From NCBI GenBank assembly GCA_040357565.1, contig JBDODJ010000043.1: DNA of 64,000 bases; one strand, 5' to 3'. This stretch comes from Cercozoa sp. M6MM. Taxonomy: Eukaryota; Protista; Endomyxa: Ascetosporea. The stretch's first letter is position 1. Each line of letters begins with the position of its first letter. Below are positions 21,519 to 51,157 of the stretch, piece by piece. The notes beneath the pieces are model-generated. The model did no database searches. It saw only the letters and a list, made by a program, of their open reading frames with translations, and was not told the origin of the DNA. A program made the translations under genes and the position numbers.

Positions 21519-24147
21519 ATGATGCCACACCAGTATGCTCAACAGGTACATTAGGACAGAGAAACCAGTGTGTTTCAAAGAAAGATGGGTTCGCAGGGAA
21601 TGGGCATGCAGGGACATATGTACCCGCAGCAAGTGCCTGCACACTACCCGCACGCACAGATGCAGACACAGCAGCAAATGCAAGGGTACAACCCGGCGTC
21701 AATGCCACAGCAGCAGCAACACCGCCAACAGCCATACTCGCAGCAGCATCAATCGCAAGCCGGTCAGTTCATGCACCCTCAGCAGCAGCACATGGTTTCG
21801 CCTGAGGCAGCACCGATGCAGCAGTACGCGCAAGTGCAACAACAGGCTTTGCAGATGCAACAGCAACAACAGGCTCTGCTGATGCAACAGCAACAACAGC
21901 AACCACAGCAACCAAAGCTACACCAGCAGACGCAACAGCAAGCACAGACTCCTGTAAAAGTCAAGGGCAGTGTCGCTTTGACGGCACGCGCCGTGCGCAA
22001 TGCGCTGCGTGCGGCGCAGGAGGCTGATGAGGGTACTAGAGCATCTACCGTATGTCCCTTTTGCCCCCTTTACCTCCCCGTTCACCTGTCTCACTCGTAC
22101 AACAGCTGCTGCTTCGGCGGTGTCGTTCGACAGCATTGTGACGCACTACGACGAGCAGCGTGTGAAGGTTCAGTTGGCTTTCTTGCCTTCCCTCGCCCCT
22201 TACCTTTTAGCTCCCCTCCCCTCTCGTTACCTTCTTTGCCCCTCCAGGCACGCAAGAATCTCGCCGAAGCTGCACATCGTTTTCCTCGACTCATGTACTT
22301 TCCTACCCCTCCCCCGATTACCCCTTATTGGCTTACCCCCCCCCCCCCGGTAGGAGAAGTTACGGCCAGGCAGAGTCGCTAGATCTGCTGACACAACTGA
22401 ACGACGCCGACGATGACGAGAATCATCTGATCGCGCAGGTCGTGGTGCCTTAGCCCTCCTTTTATCCCTCCCCTTCCCTTACTCTCCGCCCTTCCCATAC
22501 CCATATCCTACTCATTTGCCCCCCGGACCAAGTGCAGAAGCCGGACCGACTGGAAGAACTGCAGCGCGACTTGAACGAGGCGCAAGTTACGCTGGCACGT
22601 GCCGAGAAAACCGTCTACGGTCATGTCGAGGTCGGTCGAAGTGTAGAGATCAAACAGTGTGTGACCCCATCGATGATACCTTTAAACCGTCTCCCTGTGT
22701 AAGCAGAGTTTCGATCAAATGGTCATGCACGTGACGTCGTCGCAGGACGAGTCACGCGCTCTCTTGCCTCGTTTGGTATCTTTACTCCCCTACCCTTACC
22801 CCCTCCCCCCGAGACCCTTGCCGTGGTAGCTGGCAATCTACGGATCGGCCAAGACGCATCTCGACATTGACGTGCAATTCGATGGCGAGCACTGTGGTAC
22901 AACTGGACTCTGAACTGGACTCGTGGGACTGGGACTGGACTAATCCCATGTGTTGGGCAGACAACAAGTTCCTGTGCCTCGAGGTGTTTGGTGCCAAGCT
23001 CGATGCACTCAAGGAGGTAGCCATCTACCCCTCCCCTTTAACACCTTTTACGGCGTTGCCCTTTACCCCCCCCCCCCCGCAGTCGCTTGTGCCCAAGACG
23101 CCGCAGATGATAAATGACGACGCCAGTGTCATCGACTACCTCGCCGTGCGTGGTACCCCCTCCCGACCTCTTGACTGTCTGGGTGACGTGACTGATCACG
23201 TTTTAATGACTGGAACAGGCGACCTGCTGCCGAGTGAGCAGGAGGCGCACGTGCGCGCACTCACCGTGCTGCGCAAGGCGGCAGTCATTGCCGACACCGT
23301 GGCCACTTTGTCCACTGTGGCCAAGGGTACTACGTGTGTCCCCTTATCTACGTGTATTTAAGAGTGCGCACTCAGACAAGACAGGCGGTGGTGACACGTG
23401 CGCGCAGTACAAGTCGCTGCGGACGCTGCTGTTGCAGCAGGTGCGACGTGACGCTGCCGTCGTGGCCAAGCACGTGCGCTCGCGCAAACTGGAGTCCACG
23501 CCGCCGCACGAAGTCTCCAGTGTCGACGTTGGCTACATTGGTACACTTCCTGTCCATCCATACACCTGTCTCTGTCTCTGTGTGGACGTACCTTTGTAAG
23601 CACAGGTGCCTACGTTGTGGCGGCACTCTTGCTGAACGCACGTACCGACACTGAATTGCTGTCGGCTCAAGACAAGCAGACACTGCAGCAGTTCCTGCAA
23701 GCGGCCGAGTACCACCTCGCCATGCTGCCGCCGTCGCCTGCTCAGACTGCACGCTCCGAACAGCAGCAACAGATGCAGCAGATGCACATGCAGATGCAGA
23801 TGCAACAGATGCACATGCAGCAACAGATGCACATGCAGCAACAGATGCAGCAGCAGCAGCAACAACAACCTCAGCAGCAACTCCCGCAGCAGCAGAATGC
23901 TGCCAAACCGACAGAGGCCATGCAGCAGTTCATGGCACAGTACCTGCAGCAACCTCAGCAGCAGTCTCAGCAGCAAGCTCAACCTCAAAAGCAGCAGCAA
24001 CCCACGTCGCTTCCGCCGCCAAACATCGTACTACACTCTTTCTTCCTCATTGTCGAAACATCTTCAGAAATGCAGGAACCGCCTCCCAGCTCTAATTCCT
24101 CGAGCACTCCCAGCGTCGATGTCGATGGCACCCCACTGCACTTCTAA
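21519..24147 (+). CDS. Hypothetical protein with Q/M/H/P-rich termini and a helical core; multi-exon
   Basis: MMPHQYAQQ|MGSQGMGMQ... poly-Q exons at 21586-22032 and ~23606-24026, joined by spliceable exons with coding-like GC3. 3' end uncertain. Confidence 0.65.
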
Positions 24148-24498
24148 CTGAAGATAAGGGTTTGATTGACAGACCGTATTTTAGAACTGAAGCCCGGACC
24201 TAATACAGTTTGGGTCGGGTGATTGTCAGATTACTGTATCAAGATAGAATTAGTTTGCTCGGTGCCGCAGTAGACGAGAAGTCGAATACCGTCCACGATC
24301 GGATGTATCTTCAACACTGCAGTATTACTCATTTCGCTCTCCCCGCGGACGCCGGTTACTGTAAAAAGCTGACTGAGAAGTCAGGTGCAGCAGGAAAATG
24401 GAGAAATTCGCACTGCATATCTTAAGCACAGTACTGGCTTGCTACAGCGGAGAGCGGTCGTAGAGCATAGATTGCGGGCCTGAGTTGACATTTGCCAT

Positions 24499-27400
24499 AT
24501 GTCGCTCGTAAGTTGAATTCACAGTTCATAAAAGGTCGGTTGACAGTGCTTGAGTGCGTGTAATTTCCAGAAGCATCTCTTCACTTACAAGCCGCATGTG
24601 GCTTCGCCCTACCGCGCTCACAATGTTTCCAGGCAGTCGCTTGCGTGGGACTCGCGTGGTGAGCGGCTCGCTGTCGTGGCAGGGCGCGCCGCAGTGCACG
24701 TGATTGACAGGCAAGGAAAGTTGCTCAAGGAGGTTCCCGTGGTGCAACCCAAGTCGCTCGCAGCGTATGCCGAAAAACGAAGCAGCGGACTTAATATCTT
24801 GCGTCGACGCTCGAGTGCATTAAGTGCGGGAAGTGGTTCTACTGGTGGCTGGGCAGCGGCCATCGTGGGAGCTGTTCGAGCTGGACCTGACGACGACAGT
24901 GCACGAGAAGCGTGTTCGGTCGCTTGGAGGTCTGATAGTTCACAACTTGCGGTTCGGTTAGCACAGGCTCCATTCTTTGTGCTGTGGACCTGTGATGATG
25001 ACATTGTGGACACTGTCGATGTTACTCAGCTGCTGCACGCTGCCGGGGCAAAGGTATCGTCTGTTCCTCATTTTGGATGAGAAATGCAGGTTTGCAGGGA
25101 AAGGCTGCCTCGGTGTCGTCCGCGGAAGTGACAGTGCTCGAGTGGTGCACGATGCCAAGACTAAGCTCCTTGTTGGCGATAGGGACACGAAAGGGACATC
25201 TAATTGTTCTGGACGTTGCCACAGGTGGTGCCACCGTTCTCCTGCAGAGACACACGAAACCCGTACAAGAGTATCGTCCTTTTTTATGGCATGCCCCAGC
25301 GGTTTTCCTAAAGGTTGGTTCTTTTTTAGAATGAAATGGACGAAAACTGGGTACATTGTATCCCTCGGTGCCGACCGTTCCTTCGCGATTTCTGCAGTCA
25401 GACCAAGCGACGAAGGACTGTCAAAATCGTCAGCGTCCTTTTCATCTGTCCCTATAGTGGAATCGCTGGCAGAAGGCACACGCTCTTTTCAATTGCACCC
25501 GGTGCGACACACAATTCTCAAATTCACTCCGACCGACCTTCGACTGTCGTCGCAGAAGACGGATTCCCCGCATGGCAAGTCCAGCAACGCGAGCAGTAGC
25601 AGCGAAGACAGCAGTCCGATGCGATCCAGCCACATGCAAATTCCCAAGTCGAGCGGTTCTGCAGACGATTTGAGTGAACGCACAGTGTCGATGATCACAG
25701 GAGGTCGTGCAGTCATGCTACATGACGTGCAACGAAAGGAACCCCCGGTCGAGCTGCAGTTTCAACCGAAATACGGCAGCGTGTGTCGACATGCGTGGTT
25801 TGGAGACGGCTACCTCATTGTTGCGTTCTCCAGAGGCAATGTCGTCATCATATCGACGCACATGAAGGAGATTGGCGAAGAACTGCATGGACAGAATGCG
25901 ATGCGCGGCGCAGCAATCATTGATTTGGCCGTCGCACAGCCAGAAGGCAACGCAAGACTGGCGACACATGTGGCAATCGCTGCAACTGATCATGTCCGTC
26001 TGCTCTGTTTGCGAGATCTTTCAACGCAGTACACTTGCTCTGGAGGAGATCTTTGGGGAGGTGCTGCTGTATTCATTTTACCTGAGAACGTACGATTTTT
26101 GAGCGACAGCTTTACTTGTAGGTTCCTTGTCGCCACGGTCGGAGAGAAACAAAGACGTGGTCGCACTCAAGTGGTCTCCTGGAGGTCGCTTGCTTTCCGT
26201 CCTGCGAGAGGATTGTGTTGTGGTAATATTAATATTCGTCCCTTTTGGTGCCGGTGAATCAAACCAAACGAAGAGAAATGGCAATGCCAAACTATAGTCC
26301 ACTTTCGTGATGGACGCGATGGCAGCAACGGCCTGGAATCCGCATGCCAAGGTGTTTGCTCAAGTTTCGCTGCTGAATTCAGTGCTCGTGCTGCGACAGT
26401 TCGACAAAGCGACAATGTCGCGCGGGCAACTCATGGTCAACGACATTGGCATTGCAGCCAGTAGTACCGAGTCTTCGAAGAACGAACAAAGAAGTGGAAA
26501 GGCAGAGGAAAAGCCACGAACGGTGCAGCCTCTCAAAACGACACTTCTCAATGTCGGCACTGAGCCTGAGCAGTTGTGGGTCGGGCCGAACCATATCGCT
26601 GTCGTGGACGCTTCTCGTGTTCGGGTGTTCTCTCTGCGTACGAAGCGTTGTGTGCTCGAGCGCAGCAGTGTTTCGTCCATAGAAGCAGTTGCTTTGGGAG
26701 AAACATGGGTTGCTGTTCTCACTGGTGGAAAGTTGCAGTGTTCACAGAGTGAGAATGACTCCGGAGACTTTGTTACATCAGACTTTGTCTACCCAACCGT
26801 ATCGGGTCAAGATGCAGTAATCAACGTGTCCATCGTGCCGCAGTCGCAAGATGATTGTGTGTCGGAGACACAACGAAGTTTGCGTGAGTGTATGGTGGTA
26901 AGTTCTCCACACAGTTTTGGAGCTGTAAAGTAAAAGACTGCATTCTGTAGGCGAGGTTTGCAAGTGGATTGATGCAACTGGTGAGCATGCGAAGTGCCAA
27001 AGTACTGCGTGAAATTAGCACGTACAAGGACGGAGGCACTGCCTCAAAGGAAAACGCCTCTATGTGGCTCTCGCACGATGGACGCGTTGCTTTCACAGAC
27101 ACACGCAAGCGACTGTGTGTTTGGGACACACTGACGCATGTAAATGCAGTCACTGTGATTGAAGAGACATGGGCCGCCGACATCGTCAACGTGCTGTTCG
27201 ATGTCAGTGGCGACTTTCGTGGCGACGACGACGATGACAGCGAGGACTGCATGCATGTTGTCTGCGGCGATGGCACAGTGCACACGGTGCTACTGCTGAG
27301 AGCCTCGCACACACTGCGTGACGTTGCATACGAGCACGTTTGTTCAACAGCAGCTCCCAAACATCCACATCGCCGGACAAGTCCTCGGCTGAATCGCTGA

Positions 27401-30400
27401 CCGGTGCATTAAAGGCATCAAACGCGGTTCCCCTGTGCGTCTGTGAGGGTCGTTTGTTTGAGTTTGACGCCTCCCGTGGATTGCTCTCTTGTCGAGGACT
27501 CAAAAGCCACAAGACAATTCTACAGCATCAACAGTGCCAAAAACTACGCCGCTTGCGGCAAGAGCAGCAAGCTAAGACTGGTGCTTGGTATCACCAGCTG
27601 CGGCATGATTGCCAGTGGGGTACCTTCCGTGACGTCACAATGTTCAAATCGCTTATCGACGAGTTGTTGATGCGGGGGCGGACAGCAAAGGCAGTGCGCT
27701 TGGCGCATGCGCTGTACCCGCAAGACATACTTTCAAACGAAGAGGACGAAAGCGCAAAAAATAAATCCCTCCGTGACACTGATAAGGCTGAGGCACACAA
27801 CACGTGGCTGTGCATTGCTCGGAGAGCCATGGCTTTGCTGGACATCGACACTGCGATACAGGCATATTCAGCAATGGGTATCTATTCTTAGTGTTTGTGT
27901 TTGCTCAAGTACATTGTATGATTCGAGACAGGCGACGGTCGAACGGCATTGGAACTGACGCATGTACTACAAGCGGGTGCAGACAGCGGCGATGTCGCCT
28001 TCCTGCGTTCGCACGTGAGTTCGATTCTCGACGATGAGTCCTCTGCGATGAAGCACCTGACTCGTTCCGTTGCCATGCATGTCAACGAAAAGGAGGAGCG
28101 TGTCGTCACTGTGCAAGAAGAAGCACTGCAACTCGCATGTGCCCTCAGGAAGGTATAAGAAGACACACTGCAATACACCGTACAACAAGACGCACTGCAA
28201 CACCGCGGTGTCGCAGCCTAAATGTACTAAATTAACTATGGTACGTGTTTGACAGTGGACGGAAGCGCTGCAACTGGCGCGTCGTTTGTTGCCTCAGTTG
28301 GGTCAGTTGCCGTTGCTGCGAACGCAATTGCTAGCTGCGCGTGCTGCTGAAAGCGATGGCGACATACCTGCTGCCTTTGAGTTATATGAGCACGTGTTGA
28401 CGCATGAGCTTCCAAATGCGTTGCGAGAGCAGAGTGTTGCTGGTGTTGCGCGTTGTGCCGCCAAACAAGGCGTATGGGAACGCGTGGAGACGCTGCTTCT
28501 GGCTGAGGGGTTACCGAAAAATAAAAATTGGAAAGCACTGTCGCAGACATGCGCGAAATCGCTGCTGTTGCGAGGTGCTTACCTTACTTTCAAAAATCGC
28601 TTCAAGACTGATGTAATCTACGTGCACAGGCGATGTCACTCACGCAGCGTTCCTTTTGCATGAAGCCGGCTGCGAAGTCAATGCTGCGTCGCTGTTTTTG
28701 CAGCAAGGGCACAGCATGCGAGCACTGCAGCTGTTGCTGCACGAAGAAGCCAAAACAGGCAAAAGCACGGCCCCTGCGCGACTATGGAGTGAGTTGGGCG
28801 ACGCACTCAATCGAGAGGGCGAGTTGCGTGCTGCGCGCAAGTGTTTCGAGCGCAGTAATGACCACGAGCGACTCGTGCGCTTGCTGCTTCAGACCGATCT
28901 GCAGAGTGCTTGCAAGATTGCACGTCACTGTGCACGCACCAAGCCCTACGAAACTGTGGCCAATCACTGTGTCGCTCTTCTGCAGCGACAACAGCAACAG
29001 GACGAAAGTATCGACGGAGAAGTCGCGCGCTGCGCTGTTGAATTTCTGGTGCGCAGTTCGCGGCTGCAGGAAGCGCTCGACGTCGCTGCCGACACGCAGC
29101 AGTTGTCGCAGCTGGTGTCTTTGGTGCTGCCCGCAATTAAAGACACTGGCGCCAAGTGTCGGATGCGAGTGCGATCGAGCGAGATGCCTGCACGCAGGTG
29201 GTTACAACGGCTGCACCAGCTGACAGCGAGACAAGTGGCGTTACCACAAGCAACCGCCGAAGACGTACGCATGGCAGCTCGTGTGGCTGCTGCTCTGCAA
29301 GAGGTCGAATCGGCCATGCTGCTGCTATGTCGTGTCGCTGCGCACGATAACGAGGCATTAAGCGACGCTATAGCTCTCGTACAGAGTGCGCATCGCGCAG
29401 GAGCACCTGAGACACGGCGTTTACTCGAAGCAGTGCGTGACAGCATCGTGGGGGAAGGCGTTGACGTCAGAATACCACCGGCAGAGACGCAATGCAGGAT
29501 GATAGAACTACTGCTTTGTGTCGATGAGCGAGCACAGGCGAGTCAGGTGGCCACAACAGCAGCCAAGCACATGATGCACGCAGGCAAGTACAAGGAGGCT
29601 CGTCGTTCACTACTGCAAGCAGCACTCGTGTTTCGCAAGCACGGAGTGGAAACCGACAGAGAAAAGGCGCACATCGGGAACGCAATTGGTAGCGCACCAC
29701 AACAGGTGCAGCAACTGCTGCGTGTAGTGCAGTGCTTCTTGCTGGCCAAGCTGTGGGCACGCATCGGCACACACAAGTTATCGGCGAGTCTGTTATCTCT
29801 CGTGTGTGACCACCTGTCACTCTTTCCCTTGCGTAAGCTTTGATGGTTAAAACTGCAGGGCGAATACACCTGCCTCCTTTTTTGCGCAGACGCAAGCTCG
29901 ATCTTGGCATCGGCGGTGATTGAGTGTCAACGCGCAGGTCTCACCGAAACCGCACTCTCTCTGGCGAGACGTCTCGTAGCCGACACTAAGATGCGCGAAC
30001 AGCTGGCTGACTCGCTGCGCCGCAAAATGGAACGTTTCGTGCGACATGCACACAAACTGACCGAGAACGCTGGACAAACCACCGAGGTTTCACCATGTCA
30101 GGTAAAGCCAACTGGACAAGAGACTCGAGTTCTTCGAGGTGTTTCATTTTCTGGATGTAGTACTGCTCGAAACCTTTGGAGGACATGCAAATGCGCTGCG
30201 CTCATTGCCAGTCCTGGCACGTCTTTTGTGTGGCCACGGGAACTCACTTGGTGCCGAGGCAGACCCTTGCATGCCCGCACTGCCGCGCCCTCGGTAAGGA
30301 CGAAGCGATGCAACGACTCGTGCACGAGACTGGCAGGTGCCCGCTGTGTGCGCAAGCATGTCAAGTCTCGCAACTAACAACAACGCCGCACTTTGACTCA

Positions 30401-30403
30401 TAG
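24499..30403 (+). CDS. IFT144: Intraflagellar transport protein 144 / WDR19 (IFT-A), divergent
   Basis: N-terminal WD40 (LAWDSRGERLAV..VHVIDRQGK). Family signature PVELQFQPKYGSVCRHAWFGDGYLIVAFSRGNVVIISTHMKEIGEEL. TPR-like region. C-terminal SAVIECQRAGL..RRKMERFVR..CAHC..FCVATGTHL..CPHC..CPLC. Confidence 0.9.
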
Positions 30404-30559
30404 TCAGAGATTCTGCCGGTGTCGTTGGTGCCTGACTTCCATCAGTTTGTTTTCAGGATAATAACTCACTGCAGTGGCTGAAACTAAGTGAAACTGCAAC
30501 AAAAGCAGCCAACGTGCATGCACGGGACGGTAAAACTATAGAAACAATCGATCACGCGG

Positions 30560-32060
30560 TTACGCGTAGGTGTGCCGCCTGCCAACGTGCATGTCCTTGT
30601 CCGGGTAGCCCGAGTCGGCCCGAACGACCCAGGAAACCAAAGCAAGCGGTGTCGGTATGCACCGGTGCAGCGGCCAGTGGCACAGACGACGACCCATGGC
30701 AGCAAAGGCGAGTTCGGCCAGTGTCACGGCCACGAAAACGTCGACTGTGTAGTGCAAGTGCGTCACAGCCATGCCGAGACCCACAGCAACAGCCTGGCAG
30801 TTCGCAGTTTTGCTAGTAGCCAGACAGAGTGGAGCAAGATGAGGTACAGCAAGGCCTGTCGCCAGCGATAGCATGTCGAACGTCCGCGTGGACAGACCGC
30901 GCCGGTGCTGCAGATACCTGTGCTGCCGCACAAAGAGCCAAGCCGACCAGGCCACCTGTGGAGCCCCAGTTTCCGTAATAAGCGTGTCTAGGAAGAACAG
31001 TACAAAGTCAGTACCATCGTGTGTCCAGAAAAGATCATGTCGCCGCAGCCATCGCGAAACATGTCGGTCAGCAAGCAGATTACCTGTACATATGATAATA
31101 CAACAGTGTGAGCATATCTCGATGTGTTATAGTAGACAAGAAGTACGTTGTCGGAACACGCTGCGCTGGCCCGCCGCTTCTCGGAGTCGCAGGTTGGATC
31201 CGGCAGCACCGTACTGAAGCATATGTGAGGTTCAAGGGTCTGTAAGCGTTGAAGTGCAAAACAGGAGTAGCAACATTTACCTCAAGTAGATTAAGGGTCG
31301 GACGGCGTGCAGTAGCGATACAAAAACCTACACTTGCTTGTACTATCAATGGTAATGCGAGAGCTACTCTATATTAGCTCTATCCCTACCAAGAAGCAAA
31401 GCAAGCGGCGGGACAGACAGCACAGGTTCTCCCTCTGCACGTGTGCCGAATGAGTCTCGTGCTGCTGCTTGTTGCCATCACCCGTGCGCAGCAACTCCGC
31501 CATCGAATCGTCGTTCGATTCGACGTACCTGTCCAAGGTGATTTTGGGTTCAGAACCATCGGGATCTACAGTGTGTAAGAGAAGTCATACAAACTTTGCG
31601 AACTCAAATGATGTCCCAGCGGCCTCTCTGGCAGCTTGGCGTGGTGCGTTTCCACAACAGCGCTGATAACTGCACAGCAAATCAAATCGTCTATCACTCC
31701 GGGTACACTTAATACCCCTAAAAGCAAGGGTTACGAAACAGCACAAACGTGAGCGAGCACAAGAAATCGAGCACGCCGGGTAGCAGTGTACGTCGCACAT
31801 CGTCCGGCATCTTGCTACCTAGTTCGTGCATCCTGCCAAGTGCGCCGTGTTGATATACTTTCATTAATTGTGGTATCTCTTTTTGGCAGGGTGCTACCAG
31901 TCCAGTAGACCCCATTTGGCGACTTTGCCTGCGTACTGCGCTGCCGCTCGTTGTGTGAGAGGAGCCTGTGCACGCCAATCACTCTTCCTCTCAGTAATCC
32001 AACCAGACTACTACGAAATATATAGCTTACTGTCTGTCGTCCGATGTGTGCTATCAGCAT
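30560..32060 (-). CDS. Sphingomyelin/IPC synthase family enzyme (PAP2_C); multi-exon, start uncertain
   Basis: Motifs LPDP, CGDMIFSGHT and HYTVDVFVAV (catalytic H/H/D) with flanking TM helices. Confidence 0.85.
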
Positions 32061-32974
32061 GAAGATAATTCCTACGGGGCAAGGCCAAATTTATTCGTCG
32101 AACAGGCAGTATGTTAATGACAGTTGAAGGCACCTGCGAGTAAAGCGCGCCACTCGCGTTGCACGCAACGAAACTCTCGTCGCAACACACTCCTGCAGCG
32201 CTGCCATCTCGTGGGTTGCTGCTACACCAACCTAAAGTGCTGCCCCCCCCCCGCGCTGGAATAAACCTGAGTTCAGCAAAGTGACTCTTACATCGGTATC
32301 GACATGAACAGCAATGAAAACAGAACCAGCGACTCCCTCTTCGAGGCTGTCATTCTGGCAGAAAAATCGAAGATAAGCTCCTCTTTATCTAAAGCAAAAA
32401 TGCTACAACTGCGAATTACTGTGCGAGTCAACTCGGCGTCGACAGTTCCCGTTCGTGTGCCCATGTGAAATTTTTCCGAATTCACCTGCTCGTTGGCACC
32501 GGTGGAAACACCTCTAATGTCAGCGAGCGTGTATGCGTCTAAGTTCCTCGTAGCTTTCGTTTTGGGAGTCCTACGATCGAAAACACGTCGCGTGCATGCC
32601 ACACGTCACGTGCGCTCGGAGATCGAGTAATTTTAATTAATTCAAGCAAACTCAGCTCGATTGCACGAACGAGGCTGCGTTGGTGTCTGCGGGACTGTCT
32701 GTCGTACTTTCACGGGAAACTCGAAGCTTGTTCAAGTGCTTCGATACCCCGAGCCCATGCAAATCTGCATCGGCACCGCTAGAAGATCGATCATCGGGTG
32801 TCCCAATGTAGTGCTAAACTTCCTAAACTTATACCGAAGAGCGGCAACTTTCGCGGCTTTCGTATTCTGCAATAGTTATTGCGAAGTCAGTTCCCAAGAA
32901 AATACCAAAAAACAAAAGCAGGTGCTCGGGTCTCGACTTCTACAGCGAGTCCCGAAGCGATTGCAACTATCGCA

Positions 32975-50691
<17,717 letters not shown>

Positions 50692-50906
50692 TTAGTGAGT
50701 TAAATCTACCATGAAACCAACTAAATCGTTCTCTTGCATCAGCTCAACAAGGGTCACGGTCTAATACGTCGGCAACAACCATTACAGATAGACAGTCACC
50801 CGACGATGCATGACACCTCGCCGCACGGAAGCCGTATCGTCCACGTGGTGACCTGGCTACTGCTTCTAACTTTCTTTGCTTTGGAGAGCTGCAAGTGTTG
50901 GTGTCA

Positions 50907-50976
50907 CCTGCGAGACCAAGCTCGAGTAAGTCCAAGAGAATGCCTGACTCAGTCGAGAGTTGTGCAGCGACCCGAC
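50907..50976 (+). repeat. 70-bp segment duplicated in inverted orientation at 61191-61261
   Basis: Three transitions plus one indel over ~70 bp. Confidence 0.88.
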
Positions 50977-51157
50977 TCTTGGCTTGTTGTGAGTGGCCCA
51001 CCCCAGACTGGTACAGGGGAACTACGGTACATATGATAGCTGGTTCTTTTAAGACTCAACTAACTAACGAAACGAAAGTTAACGTTAACTGAATGTTTGG
51101 TCCACTGCCACCGAACGCAACTGCGCGGCAAAAGCGCAGCACGTGAGCTGAACTCCG

